NCBI GenBank assembly: GCA_964508335.1
Contig: CAZDTL010000002.1
Location: 1-35,546, forward strand
Reading direction: 5' to 3'
DNA from: an uncultured Candidatus Saccharibacteria bacterium
GTDB lineage: Bacteria > Patescibacteriota > Saccharimonadia > Saccharimonadales > Saccharimonadaceae
Length of the DNA stretch: 35,546 bases
Part shown: positions 1 to 7,783 of the stretch, in pieces
How the letters are laid out: each line of letters begins with the position of its first letter
How positions within the stretch are numbered: the first letter of the stretch is position 1
Program-made: the position numbers and the translations under genes
The notes under the pieces: generated by a model
The model's input: the letters and a program-made list of their open reading frames with translations, nothing else
What the model was told of the DNA's origin: nothing
The model's database searches: none

Positions 1-14
1 GCTATATCATCTTA

Positions 15-23
15 TGATATAAT
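15..23 (+). promoter_or_regulatory. Extended -10 element (TGaTATAAT), inside an 8-bp inverted repeat TATATCAT-ctt-ATGATATA (3-21)
   Basis: Consensus TGnTATAAT, the same motif that precedes many genes in this window. No ATG 6-7 nt downstream. Confidence 0.5.
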
Positions 24-155
24 AAAAGTAGAGAACCTAGTGTCTACTATTTATACGTTTGTTGTATGTTAATTTGACCAAGAAAACTTATGACATAGTG
101 AAGGTGGCGCTGGAGTTCTCGGCGTCGGTTTTATTCTTCCAAAATACCGCCGACG

Positions 156-188
156 AAAATCCCCTCGGGACGCCGAGGGGATTGTTTT
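156..188. terminator. Bidirectional intrinsic terminator
   Basis: AATCCCCTCGG-gacg-CCGAGGGGATT 11-bp hairpin with T-rich tails on both strands, just downstream of the dsbA-like stop. Confidence 0.75.
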
Positions 189-204
189 GTGAGCTTATTT
201 GAGC

Positions 205-936
205 TTATTTGCCGAGTTTTTTGTTGATGTAGTTGCGGAAGAAGGCTTGGATGCCGGTTTTGGTTTGCTCGGCGTCTATCCAAGGGATTTCTGTGCCGGT
301 TTCGTCGAGGAAGGAGGGGGTGGCGGAGAGGTTGTAAGACTCGGAAATGGCTTTGTCGAAGTAGACTTTGGCCTTGACGCGGTCGGAAGCCATGTCGGCT
401 TTGAATTGGTTGATGTCGCCCTTGCCCTTGGAGACGGAGGCAAAATAGCTGGCGAAGTAGTTAGTGCGGGCGTCGCCGGTGGAGTAGAACCATTCGGCTT
501 GATTAGCGAAGACGAGGTCGCCCATTTCCTCCCAGTAGCCTTGGAGACCGGCAGCCTCGACAGCAGAGGCGGCGGCAATGGCATTTGGATGGCCGCTGAC
601 GAGCGGGAAGACGCGGAAGACAATGGCGAGGTCGTCGCCGAATTCTTTGGCGATTTCGTTCATCCAGGGGTTGACGGTGGCACAACCAGAGCACTGATAG
701 TCGGCGTATTCATAGATGACGACCTTGGCTTTTTGGAGGTCGCCCTTGACGTGGTCGGCGATTTGGCCGTTGTCGTCGTTGGCTTCGATAAACTTGGCGG
801 TATCGTATTGAGAAAGGTCGACAGAGGTGGTGGTGTCGCCAGATTTTTTGGAGATTTGAGGGATGACGACGATGGCGCCGATGAAGACAGTGATAATGAC
901 AATAAGAGAAATGAGGAGAGTGCGATTATTTTTCAT
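205..936 (-). CDS. Membrane-anchored DsbA-family thioredoxin-fold protein
   Basis: N-terminal TM helix, EYADYQCSGC (CxxC), FRVFPL, cis-Pro ATPSF. Start moved to ATG 936 (MKNNR), 6 nt after TGCTACAAT. Confidence 0.85.
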   Translation of the reverse strand: MKNNRTLLISLIVIITVFIGAIVVIPQISKKSGDTTTSVDLSQYDTAKFIEANDDNGQIADHVKGDLQKAKVVIYEYADYQCSGCATVNPWMNEIAKEFGDDLAIVFRVFPLVSGHPNAIAAASAVEAAGLQGYWEEMGDLVFANQAEWFYSTGDARTNYFASYFASVSKGKGDINQFKADMASDRVKAKVYFDKAISESYNLSATPSFLDETGTEIPWIDAEQTKTGIQAFFRNYINKKLGK

Positions 937-964
937 GAAGATATTGTAGCATAGATTGCGACAC

Positions 965-990
965 AAAAAAAGTTCCTCTGGTGAGGAACT
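965..990 (-). terminator. Intrinsic terminator
   Basis: AGTTCCTC-acca-GAGGAACT hairpin followed by a T run on the minus strand. Confidence 0.8.
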
Positions 991-1020
991 GAAATAACCC
1001 CGTAAACGATTTAGCTTTGG

Positions 1021-1113
1021 CTAAATCTCGATAAACTCTTGCCAAGGGGCGGGAGCTATCTTAGACTGTTTGCGCTCGGCCTTGCGGCTGGTGCGCTTTA
1101 GTCTGATACGCAT
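1021..1113 (-). CDS. Candidate 30-aa basic small protein (MRIRLKRTSRKAERKQSKIAPAPWQEFIEI); alternatively part of a structured ncRNA
   Basis: ATG at 1113, TAG at 1021-1023, AGGAGG 11 nt upstream, own promoter and terminator. Below the ORF-track cutoff. Confidence 0.4.
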   Translation of the reverse strand: MRIRLKRTSRKAERKQSKIAPAPWQEFIEI

Positions 1114-1184
1114 TAGGCGAATTGCCTCCTGTTAATTGTTTCTCGCTCGTATCGACTTCTGGATTATTAAGAGCGATAGTGTGT

Positions 1185-1213
1185 ATTTTAGCAAAGGAAT
1201 AAAAATCGCGCAA
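1185..1213 (-). promoter_or_regulatory. Sigma70-type promoter TTGCGC-N17-TAAAAT with extended -10 TG
   Basis: Read directly on the minus strand: -35 at 1213-1208, -10 at 1190-1185. Confidence 0.65.
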
Positions 1214-1246
1214 GTCTTGATATTTTGCGCATTTATGGCTTTCTTG

Positions 1247-1388
1247 AGTTCTAGGCCCAAGTATGATGAATAGAAGGACAGTAGAAAGGGCAATATATTA
1301 GAAACATATTTTTCTGTCCAATGGTCTTGGGCCAGGAACTTGCATTTTCCGATCCAAGAACAAACTGTTCGTTTGGAATGGCTTGTGC
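1247..1388 (-). ncRNA. Candidate structured non-coding RNA (long interrupted hairpin plus a second hairpin)
   Basis: 15-nt inverted arms 1247-1261/1326-1340, inner GGACAG/CTGTCC 1276-1281/1314-1319, hairpin 1353-1377, upstream TTTACA-N18-TATATT. Strand inferred from the promoter only. Confidence 0.35.
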
Positions 1389-1424
1389 AGTTTTAATATA
1401 ACACGGCAGGGCGGGGTTTGTAAA

Positions 1425-3053
1425 CTAGTTGGCGTTGCGGAAGAGGATTTTTTTGAGTTTTTGGAAGACAGGCAGAGCCTCGTCGATATTGAGGAAGTAG
1501 CAAGAGGCGAGGTAGGCGACGAGGCTGACGGCGACGATGACGCAGAACTTGGGGAAGGTGGAGAGGAAGGAGTTGTCGGTGGCCATGAGAGGGAGGAATT
1601 TGGTCATGGAGTAGGAAACGCAAGCGGTAATGAAGCCGGCGGCGAACATTTTTTCGACGGCGCGGATAAGTTCTTTGTTGATGAGCTTGTGGCCGGAGCG
1701 ATAGTTAAGAATGCCGAGAAGCAAAAGTACTTCGAAGACGGCACCAATAGATTGTGCCCAACCGAGGCCTTCTGGCCCAAAGCCAATGTAGTAAAATAAG
1801 ACCATTAAGCCAATGGTGGTGCCGATAGCAATCATACTGACGACGAGTGGGGTTTTAGTGTCTTGGTAGGCGTAAAAGCCACGAGTGGCGATGTGAAAGA
1901 CGCTTTGGGCGAAGATAGCGACGATGAGAGTGCCGAGGAGATTGGAGATAAGTTGGTCACCGCCGTTCATGATGAAGTTGACGACGTAGCCACGAGCGAA
2001 GAAGGCGATGATGGAGACCGGGAGGGCAATCCAAATGATGCTACGGAGGGCGGTGCGGAAGGTGTCGTGGAATTTGGTTTTGTCGCCACGACCGAGTTCT
2101 TTGGTGAGCTGGGGAAAGAATGCGGTGGAGATAGCGACACCGATGAGCGAGACGGGCATTTGGTGGAGGGTGTTGGCCTGTTGGAAGGAGCGAAGGACGC
2201 CGGCGCCCATGCGCGAGGAGAGGTTGGTGGAGACGAGAGTGTTGACATAGTCGATGCCTTGATCGAGCGAACGGGCGGGGAGAAGCCGCAAGACACCGCG
2301 GAAGCCTTGGTTTTTCCAGTTGATTTTGAAGTTGTAGTCGAAGCCGAGGCCAAAGAGGCCGACGAGGCTGACAATGAGTTGCAAGACGGCGCCAAAGACG
2401 ACGCCGACGGCGACGCCCATAATGCCGCCTTCGAAGATTTGCCAGCCGAAGAGGTTGATACCGCCAGTAAAAACAGTGATGCCAAGGAGGATGCCGATGT
2501 TATACATGGCGGGAGCTAGGGCGTAGAAGACGAAGCGACCGACGGCCTGCTGGATGGAAGCGAGAACGGTAGAGATAGAGAAGAGGAAGGGGTTGATGGC
2601 GATGACGCGCATCATGTTGATGGCGAGGATAGTGCCAGACTCGTCGAGACCAGGGCCGACGACGTAGCGGACGAGCGGTTCGGCGAAAATCATGATGAGG
2701 ATGCTAGCGGCGAGAGTGATAAGGGCAAGAAAGTTAAGGAGCGAGGTGGAGAGTTCCCAGGCGGATTTTTTGTTGCCCTTGATGAGGCGTTCATTGAAGA
2801 CGGGGATGAAGGAGACAGCGAGAGCGCCGGAAGTAAGAATGAAGAACATGAAGTCGGGGATGGTGAAGGCGGCGGTGTAGGCGTCGATGCCGGTGGGGTA
2901 GGTTTTGAGATAGTAGGAGTTTAAGAGGCGGTCACGAAAAATGCCAAGAAGCGAAGAGAGTAAAGTGGAGCCGGCAAGCAAAATGGCGGCGGCCCTGACT
3001 GAGAGTTTCATGTTAGCGAGGGCGGTGACGGATTTGAACTTTAGCTTAGCCAT
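1425..3053 (-). CDS. murJ: Lipid II flippase MurJ (MviN)
   Basis: SSLLGIFRDRLL, DAYTAAFTIPD, GALAVSFIPVF, RGFYAYQDTKTP motifs; polytopic membrane protein. Confidence 0.93.
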   Translation of the reverse strand: MAKLKFKSVTALANMKLSVRAAAILLAGSTLLSSLLGIFRDRLLNSYYLKTYPTGIDAYTAAFTIPDFMFFILTSGALAVSFIPVFNERLIKGNKKSAWELSTSLLNFLALITLAASILIMIFAEPLVRYVVGPGLDESGTILAINMMRVIAINPFLFSISTVLASIQQAVGRFVFYALAPAMYNIGILLGITVFTGGINLFGWQIFEGGIMGVAVGVVFGAVLQLIVSLVGLFGLGFDYNFKINWKNQGFRGVLRLLPARSLDQGIDYVNTLVSTNLSSRMGAGVLRSFQQANTLHQMPVSLIGVAISTAFFPQLTKELGRGDKTKFHDTFRTALRSIIWIALPVSIIAFFARGYVVNFIMNGGDQLISNLLGTLIVAIFAQSVFHIATRGFYAYQDTKTPLVVSMIAIGTTIGLMVLFYYIGFGPEGLGWAQSIGAVFEVLLLLGILNYRSGHKLINKELIRAVEKMFAAGFITACVSYSMTKFLPLMATDNSFLSTFPKFCVIVAVSLVAYLASCYFLNIDEALPVFQKLKKILFRNAN

Positions 3054-3118
3054 GAGTTAATTATATATCATTTGTGGGGATTTTTATCTGCGAGTTTTGC
3101 GGAATTGAGTTATTCGAG

Positions 3119-3144
3119 AAAAATAGCCCATGGAGGGCTATTTT
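3119..3144 (-). terminator. Intrinsic terminator of the pilin gene
   Basis: AAAATAGCCC-N5-GGGCTATTTT hairpin about 30 nt after the pilin stop. Confidence 0.75.
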
Positions 3145-3174
3145 ATGAGGTGGCCGTTGCGAGGACGAGAGGGG

Positions 3175-3627
3175 CTAGATGCGGGTGATAACGAAGTTGA
3201 CGATGGCGTAGGCGAGGAGGGCGATGACGAGGCCGACGATGCCATAGAGGATGGTGTTTTTGGCCTTGGTGACCGCGGCGGAGTCGCCGCCAGAGGTGGT
3301 GTATTGGATGCCGCCGATGATAACCATGACGACAGCGAGGATGCCGATGACGTAGAGGATGCCGTTGATGATGCTAGTAACAGTTGTTGTAAGTTCGGTG
3401 CGAGTGCCGAAGGAGCCTTTGGTGGCGTCGATGCCGGCTTGGGCGCCGCCTGGAATAGTGCAGCCGTCGACGATGTCGTATTCGAGGCAGGATTTATTGT
3501 CGGAGGATTGAGTTTTACATGCGCAGTCGGTTGCATAGGTGGCGGTGGGGACAAGTGCGCCGAAAAGTGCAGCGAGGGCGATAATGCCAGCGGTGATGAG
3601 ATTTTTAAGTTTGAGTTTGTCTTGCAT
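3175..3627 (-). CDS. CPR-type pilin (TrbC/VirB2-like T4SS pilin family)
   Basis: Signal peptide, then the two-helix core IGILAVVMVIIGGIQYTTSGGDSAAVTKAKNTILYGIVGLVIALLAYAIVNFV; AAAGGAGG SD. Confidence 0.85.
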   Translation of the reverse strand: MQDKLKLKNLITAGIIALAALFGALVPTATYATDCACKTQSSDNKSCLEYDIVDGCTIPGGAQAGIDATKGSFGTRTELTTTVTSIINGILYVIGILAVVMVIIGGIQYTTSGGDSAAVTKAKNTILYGIVGLVIALLAYAIVNFVITRI

Positions 3628-3687
3628 TTTCCTCCTTTGAGGCGGTTAGTTGTTGTTCGTGATGAAAACAAAATTGGCACCACGAGG

Positions 3688-3832
3688 TGTCATAACTAAC
3701 TAATCCGTATCATGCTTTCGCCTTTTACAAGATCAATTGGTATCCTCATGATGCCAATTCTAACCTTGTAGTAGGCGTGTTAAAAGAAAGGTGCATGAGG
3801 GTTAAAAACCCGCGGACTAATTAGTTATGACA
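3688..3832 (-). ncRNA. Structured RNA in the 5' leader of the pilin gene (candidate cis-regulatory RNA)
   Basis: 20-bp closing stem 3832-3813/3707-3688 whose two non-WC pairs are G-U on the minus strand; nested stems; begins at the predicted TSS. Confidence 0.6.
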
Positions 3833-3837
3833 GTATT

Positions 3838-3866
3838 ATCTTACCAAGAGCGTGATAAGTTTGCAA
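3838..3866 (-). promoter_or_regulatory. Promoter TTGCAA-N17-TAAGAT (extended -10 TG) for the pilin transcript
   Basis: Correctly spaced -35/-10 ending about 6 nt before the start of the leader stem. Confidence 0.6.
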
Positions 3867-3890
3867 GAGGCTTGGCGAAAATTGTTGAAT

Positions 3891-5693
3891 TTAGTCTTCG
3901 TCTTCGACGATGGCAAGGTGAGATTCGGTGAGTTGGATTTGATCGACGGTGGACGGGGAGTTCATCATGAGGTCGATGCCAGAGCCGTTCTTGGGGAAGG
4001 CGATGATGTCGCGGATGTTTTTGGCGTTTTCTAAGACCATGAAGATACGGTCGATGCCGAAGGCGCAACCAGCGTGTGGCGGGGCGCCGAATTTGAAGGC
4101 GGAGAGCATCCCGCCGAAGCGGGCGGCGACGTATTCGTTGTTGTAGCCGAGGATGTTGAAGACTTTATACATGATGTCGGGGTTGTAATTTCTGACGGCG
4201 CCGGAGCAGATTTCGAAGCCGTTCATGACCATGTCGTATTGGTCGGCGACGATGGCGAGTTTTTCGGCGTCAGTCTTGGCAGCTTCGAGAGCGGCGAGAC
4301 CACCTTTGGGCATAGAGAACGGGTTGTGGCCGAAGTCGAGTTTTTTGAGCTTTTCGTCCCATTCATAGAACGGGAAGTCGACAATCCAGCAGAGGGCGAC
4401 TTCGTCGTCGTGCTTCAGGCCGAAGTGGTCGGCGAAGGCGATGCGGAGTTGGCCGAGGACTTTGTTAACCTTTTCCCTTTCGTCGGCGCCGAAGAAGACG
4501 GCGTCACCTTCGGCTGCGCCGGTGAGTTGTTGGACGGCTTTAATTTCCGCTTCGGACATGAACTTTAAGATGGGGGATTTGACACCTTCGGCAGTATATA
4601 ATATATAGGCGAGGCCGCCAGCGCCGAGTTTGCGCGCCTGTTCGGTGAAGGTGTCGATTTGGGAGCGGGTGAGGCTGGCGCCGCCCTTGACACAGATGGC
4701 TTTGACGCAAGGTTGCTTGAAGACTTTGAAGTCAGTGTCTTTGAAGACGTCGGTGAGTTCGATGAGTTCCATGCCATAGCGGAGGTCGGGCTTGTCGACG
4801 CCGTAAGTGTTCATAGCGAAGGTGTAGGGGAGGCGGGGGATGGTTTCGCCTTTTTTGAGGAATTGTTTGGCGGGTTCACTGCGGAGGACGAGCTTTTTGC
4901 CCGCAAAGTCGGTGGCAAGTTGTTTGATTAAAGGTTCGGTGGTTTGGCGGACGATTTCGCCGTCTTCGACGAAGGACATTTCGCAATCGAGTTGGTAGAA
5001 GTCGCCGTAGAGACGGTCAGCACGGGGGTCTTCGTCGCGGAAGCAGGGGGCGATTTGGAAGTATTTTTCGATACCGCCGACCATGAGGAGTTGTTTGAAT
5101 TGTTGCGGGGCTTGTGGGAGGGCGTAGAATTGGCCGGGGTGGAGGCGAGACGGAATCAGGAAGTCGCGCGCACCTTCGGGGGAGGAATTAGCGAGAATAG
5201 GGGTGGTGACTTCGGTAAAGCCCGCATCATACATGAAGTTGCGGAGGTATTTGTAATAGCGCGAGCGTTCTTTGAGTAGGTGTTGCATCGAGGGGCGACG
5301 AAGGTCGAGGTAGCGGTATTTGAGGCGGAGGTCTTCGCCAGATTCGGTGCCTTCGTCGTGGGTGTTGACGGGCGGAGTGTCGGAGCGGTTCAGAAGTTCG
5401 AGCGCGTCAACGACAAGTTCGATGTCGCCGGTTGGGATGTTGGGGTTTTTAAGTTCGGGGGCACGATTGCGGATTTTGCCGGTGGCGCGGAGGACGTATT
5501 CGTCGCGGACGGATTCGGCGAGATGGAAGCTATCAGGCGTGTCAGGAGTGACGACGAGCTGGATAATTCCCTCGAAGTCGCGCAGGTCGATGAAGATAAG
5601 GCCGCCGTGGTCGCGACGAGAGTTGACCCAGCCAGCGACGGTGACGGTTTTGCCTAAGTAATTTTTGAGTTCAAGAGACTTCTGATAATCCAT
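3891..5693 (-). CDS. aspS: Aspartate--tRNA ligase
   Basis: GWVNSRRDHGGLIFIDLRD, SSPEGARDF, ALPQAPQQFKQLLM, FRDED, GAPPHAGCAFGIDR. Confidence 0.97.
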   Translation of the reverse strand: MDYQKSLELKNYLGKTVTVAGWVNSRRDHGGLIFIDLRDFEGIIQLVVTPDTPDSFHLAESVRDEYVLRATGKIRNRAPELKNPNIPTGDIELVVDALELLNRSDTPPVNTHDEGTESGEDLRLKYRYLDLRRPSMQHLLKERSRYYKYLRNFMYDAGFTEVTTPILANSSPEGARDFLIPSRLHPGQFYALPQAPQQFKQLLMVGGIEKYFQIAPCFRDEDPRADRLYGDFYQLDCEMSFVEDGEIVRQTTEPLIKQLATDFAGKKLVLRSEPAKQFLKKGETIPRLPYTFAMNTYGVDKPDLRYGMELIELTDVFKDTDFKVFKQPCVKAICVKGGASLTRSQIDTFTEQARKLGAGGLAYILYTAEGVKSPILKFMSEAEIKAVQQLTGAAEGDAVFFGADEREKVNKVLGQLRIAFADHFGLKHDDEVALCWIVDFPFYEWDEKLKKLDFGHNPFSMPKGGLAALEAAKTDAEKLAIVADQYDMVMNGFEICSGAVRNYNPDIMYKVFNILGYNNEYVAARFGGMLSAFKFGAPPHAGCAFGIDRIFMVLENAKNIRDIIAFPKNGSGIDLMMNSPSTVDQIQLTESHLAIVEDED

Positions 5694-5716
5694 GAGTGTA
5701 ATTATACCATAATCTG

Positions 5717-5838
5717 ATGATTAGGTCGATAGCCCTTTGCCGACACAGGTCGCGCCAGCCCGTCGTTACGGGTGTCGCGCCTTAACGCTCGCTCGTAAGC
5801 TGCGCATTGTCGGCAGAAGGCCTATTCAACCTAATCAT
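5717..5838. repeat. Structured palindromic repeat element, copy 1 (70-nt core 5742-5811)
   Basis: Core aligns without gaps to 16129-16198 and 26009-26078. The outer stem ATGATTAGG/CCTAATCAT overlaps the ftsH stop. Confidence 0.9.
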
Positions 5839-7765
5839 GTAGCTTAGCTATGCTAGGCAATACTGTATCTGCTAATATTTTTTCTAAATCTTTCTCTTCT
5901 AAACTCTCTTTTTCCAATAACTCTTTGGCTAAAATATCTAATGTTTTCTTGTTGGCTTTAAGGACAGCTTCGGCGCGAGTGGCGGCTTCGGCGGAGAGTT
6001 GTTTGATTTCTTCGTCGATGAGTTCGGCGGTTTTTTCGCTGTAGGGCTTGCCGGTTTGGATGGTGTAGTAGCCGGTGGCTTCGGATGGGAAGACGAGGTT
6101 GCGAGTTTTAGTACCCATACCTTCTTCGACAATCATTTCTTTGGCGAGAGAGGCGACGTTTTGGAGGTCGGAGCTGGCGCCGGTGGTGATAGCTTCGCTA
6201 CCAAAGACGAGTTTTTCGGCGATGCGGCCACCCATGGCGCGAGCGAGGATGTCTTTAAGTTCGTAGATGCTTTTGTAGCTCTTGTCTTCGGGCGGGAGGA
6301 ACCAAGTAACGCCGCCGGTGCGACCGCGAGGGATGATGGTGACTTTATGCACAGGGTCGGAGTCGGGGAGGACGTGGCCGACGATGGCGTGGCCGGCTTC
6401 GTGATAGGCGGTAACTTGGCGCTCGTGGTCGTTCATGACTTTGGACTTTCTTTCGGGTCCAATGGCGACGCGCTCAAAAGCTTCGGTGAGGTCGCCGTTA
6501 GTGATGGCCTTGTGGCCAAGGCGGGCGGCGGTGATGGCGGCTTCGTTGGCAATGTTGGCAAGGTCGGCACCGGAAGAGCCGGCGGTTTTAGCAGCGAGGG
6601 CTTCGAGGTCGAGACCGGCGTCGATAGGTTTGCCCTTGAAGTGGACTTTGAGGATTTCTAGGCGGTCTTTGCGTTCGGGGAGAGTGACGTTGACGTGGCG
6701 GTCGAAGCGGCCGGGGCGGAGGAGAGCCTTGTCGAGCATATCAACGCGGTTAGTGGCAGCGATAACGATGACGCCAGATTCGTTTTCGAAACCGTCCATT
6801 TCGACAAGAATTTGGTTCAAAGTTTGCTCATCTTCGCGGCCAGCACCACCGCGGGCGTCGCGCTTGTGAGCGACGGCGTCGATTTCGTCAATGAAAATAA
6901 TGGAGGGGGAGTTTTTCTTGGCTTTTTGGAAGAGGTCGCGCACGCGAGAGGCGCCGACGCCGACGAACATTTCGGCAAATTCGGAACCAGAGATGGAGAA
7001 GAATGGCACGTTGGCTTCGCCAGCGACGGCGCGAGCCATGAGGGTCTTGCCAGTGCCAGGATCGCCAGCGAGGAGGACGCCGCGGGGGATTTTAGCGCCG
7101 AGGGCGCCGTATTTTTTGGGGTGTTTGAGAAAGTCGACAATTTCTTGAAGGTCTTGTTTGGCGGATTCATTGCCCGCGACGTCTTTGAAGGTAACGTGCT
7201 TTTTATCGGGGCCATAAACGCGAGCCTTGGCCTTGCCAAAGCCAATGTTTTGACTGTTCATGTTTTGTGCTTGGCGCATCATATAAGAGAAGAAGATAAT
7301 GAGCGCAGCTACTGGCAAGATAATGAGCGAGACATCAATGATAGTTCCCCAAATGTCGGTTGGCTCGATGTATTCGATGACGGGATAGTTGGCGCGACAA
7401 GCGGTTTTTTCGTCTTCGTCTTCGACGGTAGCGCAGTAATCAATGAGACCTTGGTCGTAAAGAGTGCCAGAAGGGTCTTTGATGGATTCTTCAGTGGGGT
7501 AATCTTTGTCTTTGAGGGTGATTTGGAGTTTATTGCCAGAGATGGTGATTTTTTTGATGTTGCCAAGGGGGTCGTTGGCGCGGGCGATAACAGAGCTGAG
7601 CGGAACAACCTCTGGCCGAGTTTGATTGGTGTTGACGAACGAGTTAAAAAGTGCGGAGCAGAGCAGAATAATAAAAGTGAAGAAAAGGAGCGAGCGTGCG
7701 TAATTTGAGGCCTTGGCGGCGGAGCGTTTGGGTGCTGGTTTGGGAGAAACATTTGATTTTGGCAT
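5831..7765 (-). CDS. ftsH: ATP-dependent zinc metalloprotease FtsH
   Basis: Two TM helices, Walker [34 protein letters not shown] zinc motif. Confidence 0.97.
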   Translation of the reverse strand: MPKSNVSPKPAPKRSAAKASNYARSLLFFTFIILLCSALFNSFVNTNQTRPEVVPLSSVIARANDPLGNIKKITISGNKLQITLKDKDYPTEESIKDPSGTLYDQGLIDYCATVEDEDEKTACRANYPVIEYIEPTDIWGTIIDVSLIILPVAALIIFFSYMMRQAQNMNSQNIGFGKAKARVYGPDKKHVTFKDVAGNESAKQDLQEIVDFLKHPKKYGALGAKIPRGVLLAGDPGTGKTLMARAVAGEANVPFFSISGSEFAEMFVGVGASRVRDLFQKAKKNSPSIIFIDEIDAVAHKRDARGGAGREDEQTLNQILVEMDGFENESGVIVIAATNRVDMLDKALLRPGRFDRHVNVTLPERKDRLEILKVHFKGKPIDAGLDLEALAAKTAGSSGADLANIANEAAITAARLGHKAITNGDLTEAFERVAIGPERKSKVMNDHERQVTAYHEAGHAIVGHVLPDSDPVHKVTIIPRGRTGGVTWFLPPEDKSYKSIYELKDILARAMGGRIAEKLVFGSEAITTGASSDLQNVASLAKEMIVEEGMGTKTRNLVFPSEATGYYTIQTGKPYSEKTAELIDEEIKQLSAEAATRAEAVLKANKKTLDILAKELLEKESLEEKDLEKILADTVLPSIAKLHD

Positions 7766-7783
7766 ACCACTATTGTAACATAG

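Noticed and set aside
190-210. Tandem duplication GAGCTTATTT x2 at the dsbA stop
   Set aside because: Short local slippage duplication with no associated element.
1055-1100. Resemblance to a c-di-GMP-I riboswitch (GNRA hairpin followed by GCGCAAA...GUCUAAG)
   Set aside because: The second stem with its tetraloop receptor is too short or absent; not supportable by eye.
5714-5720. CTGATGA next to repeat copy 1, suggesting a hammerhead ribozyme
   Set aside because: No correctly placed GAAA or stem II, and the motif is absent from copies 2 and 3.
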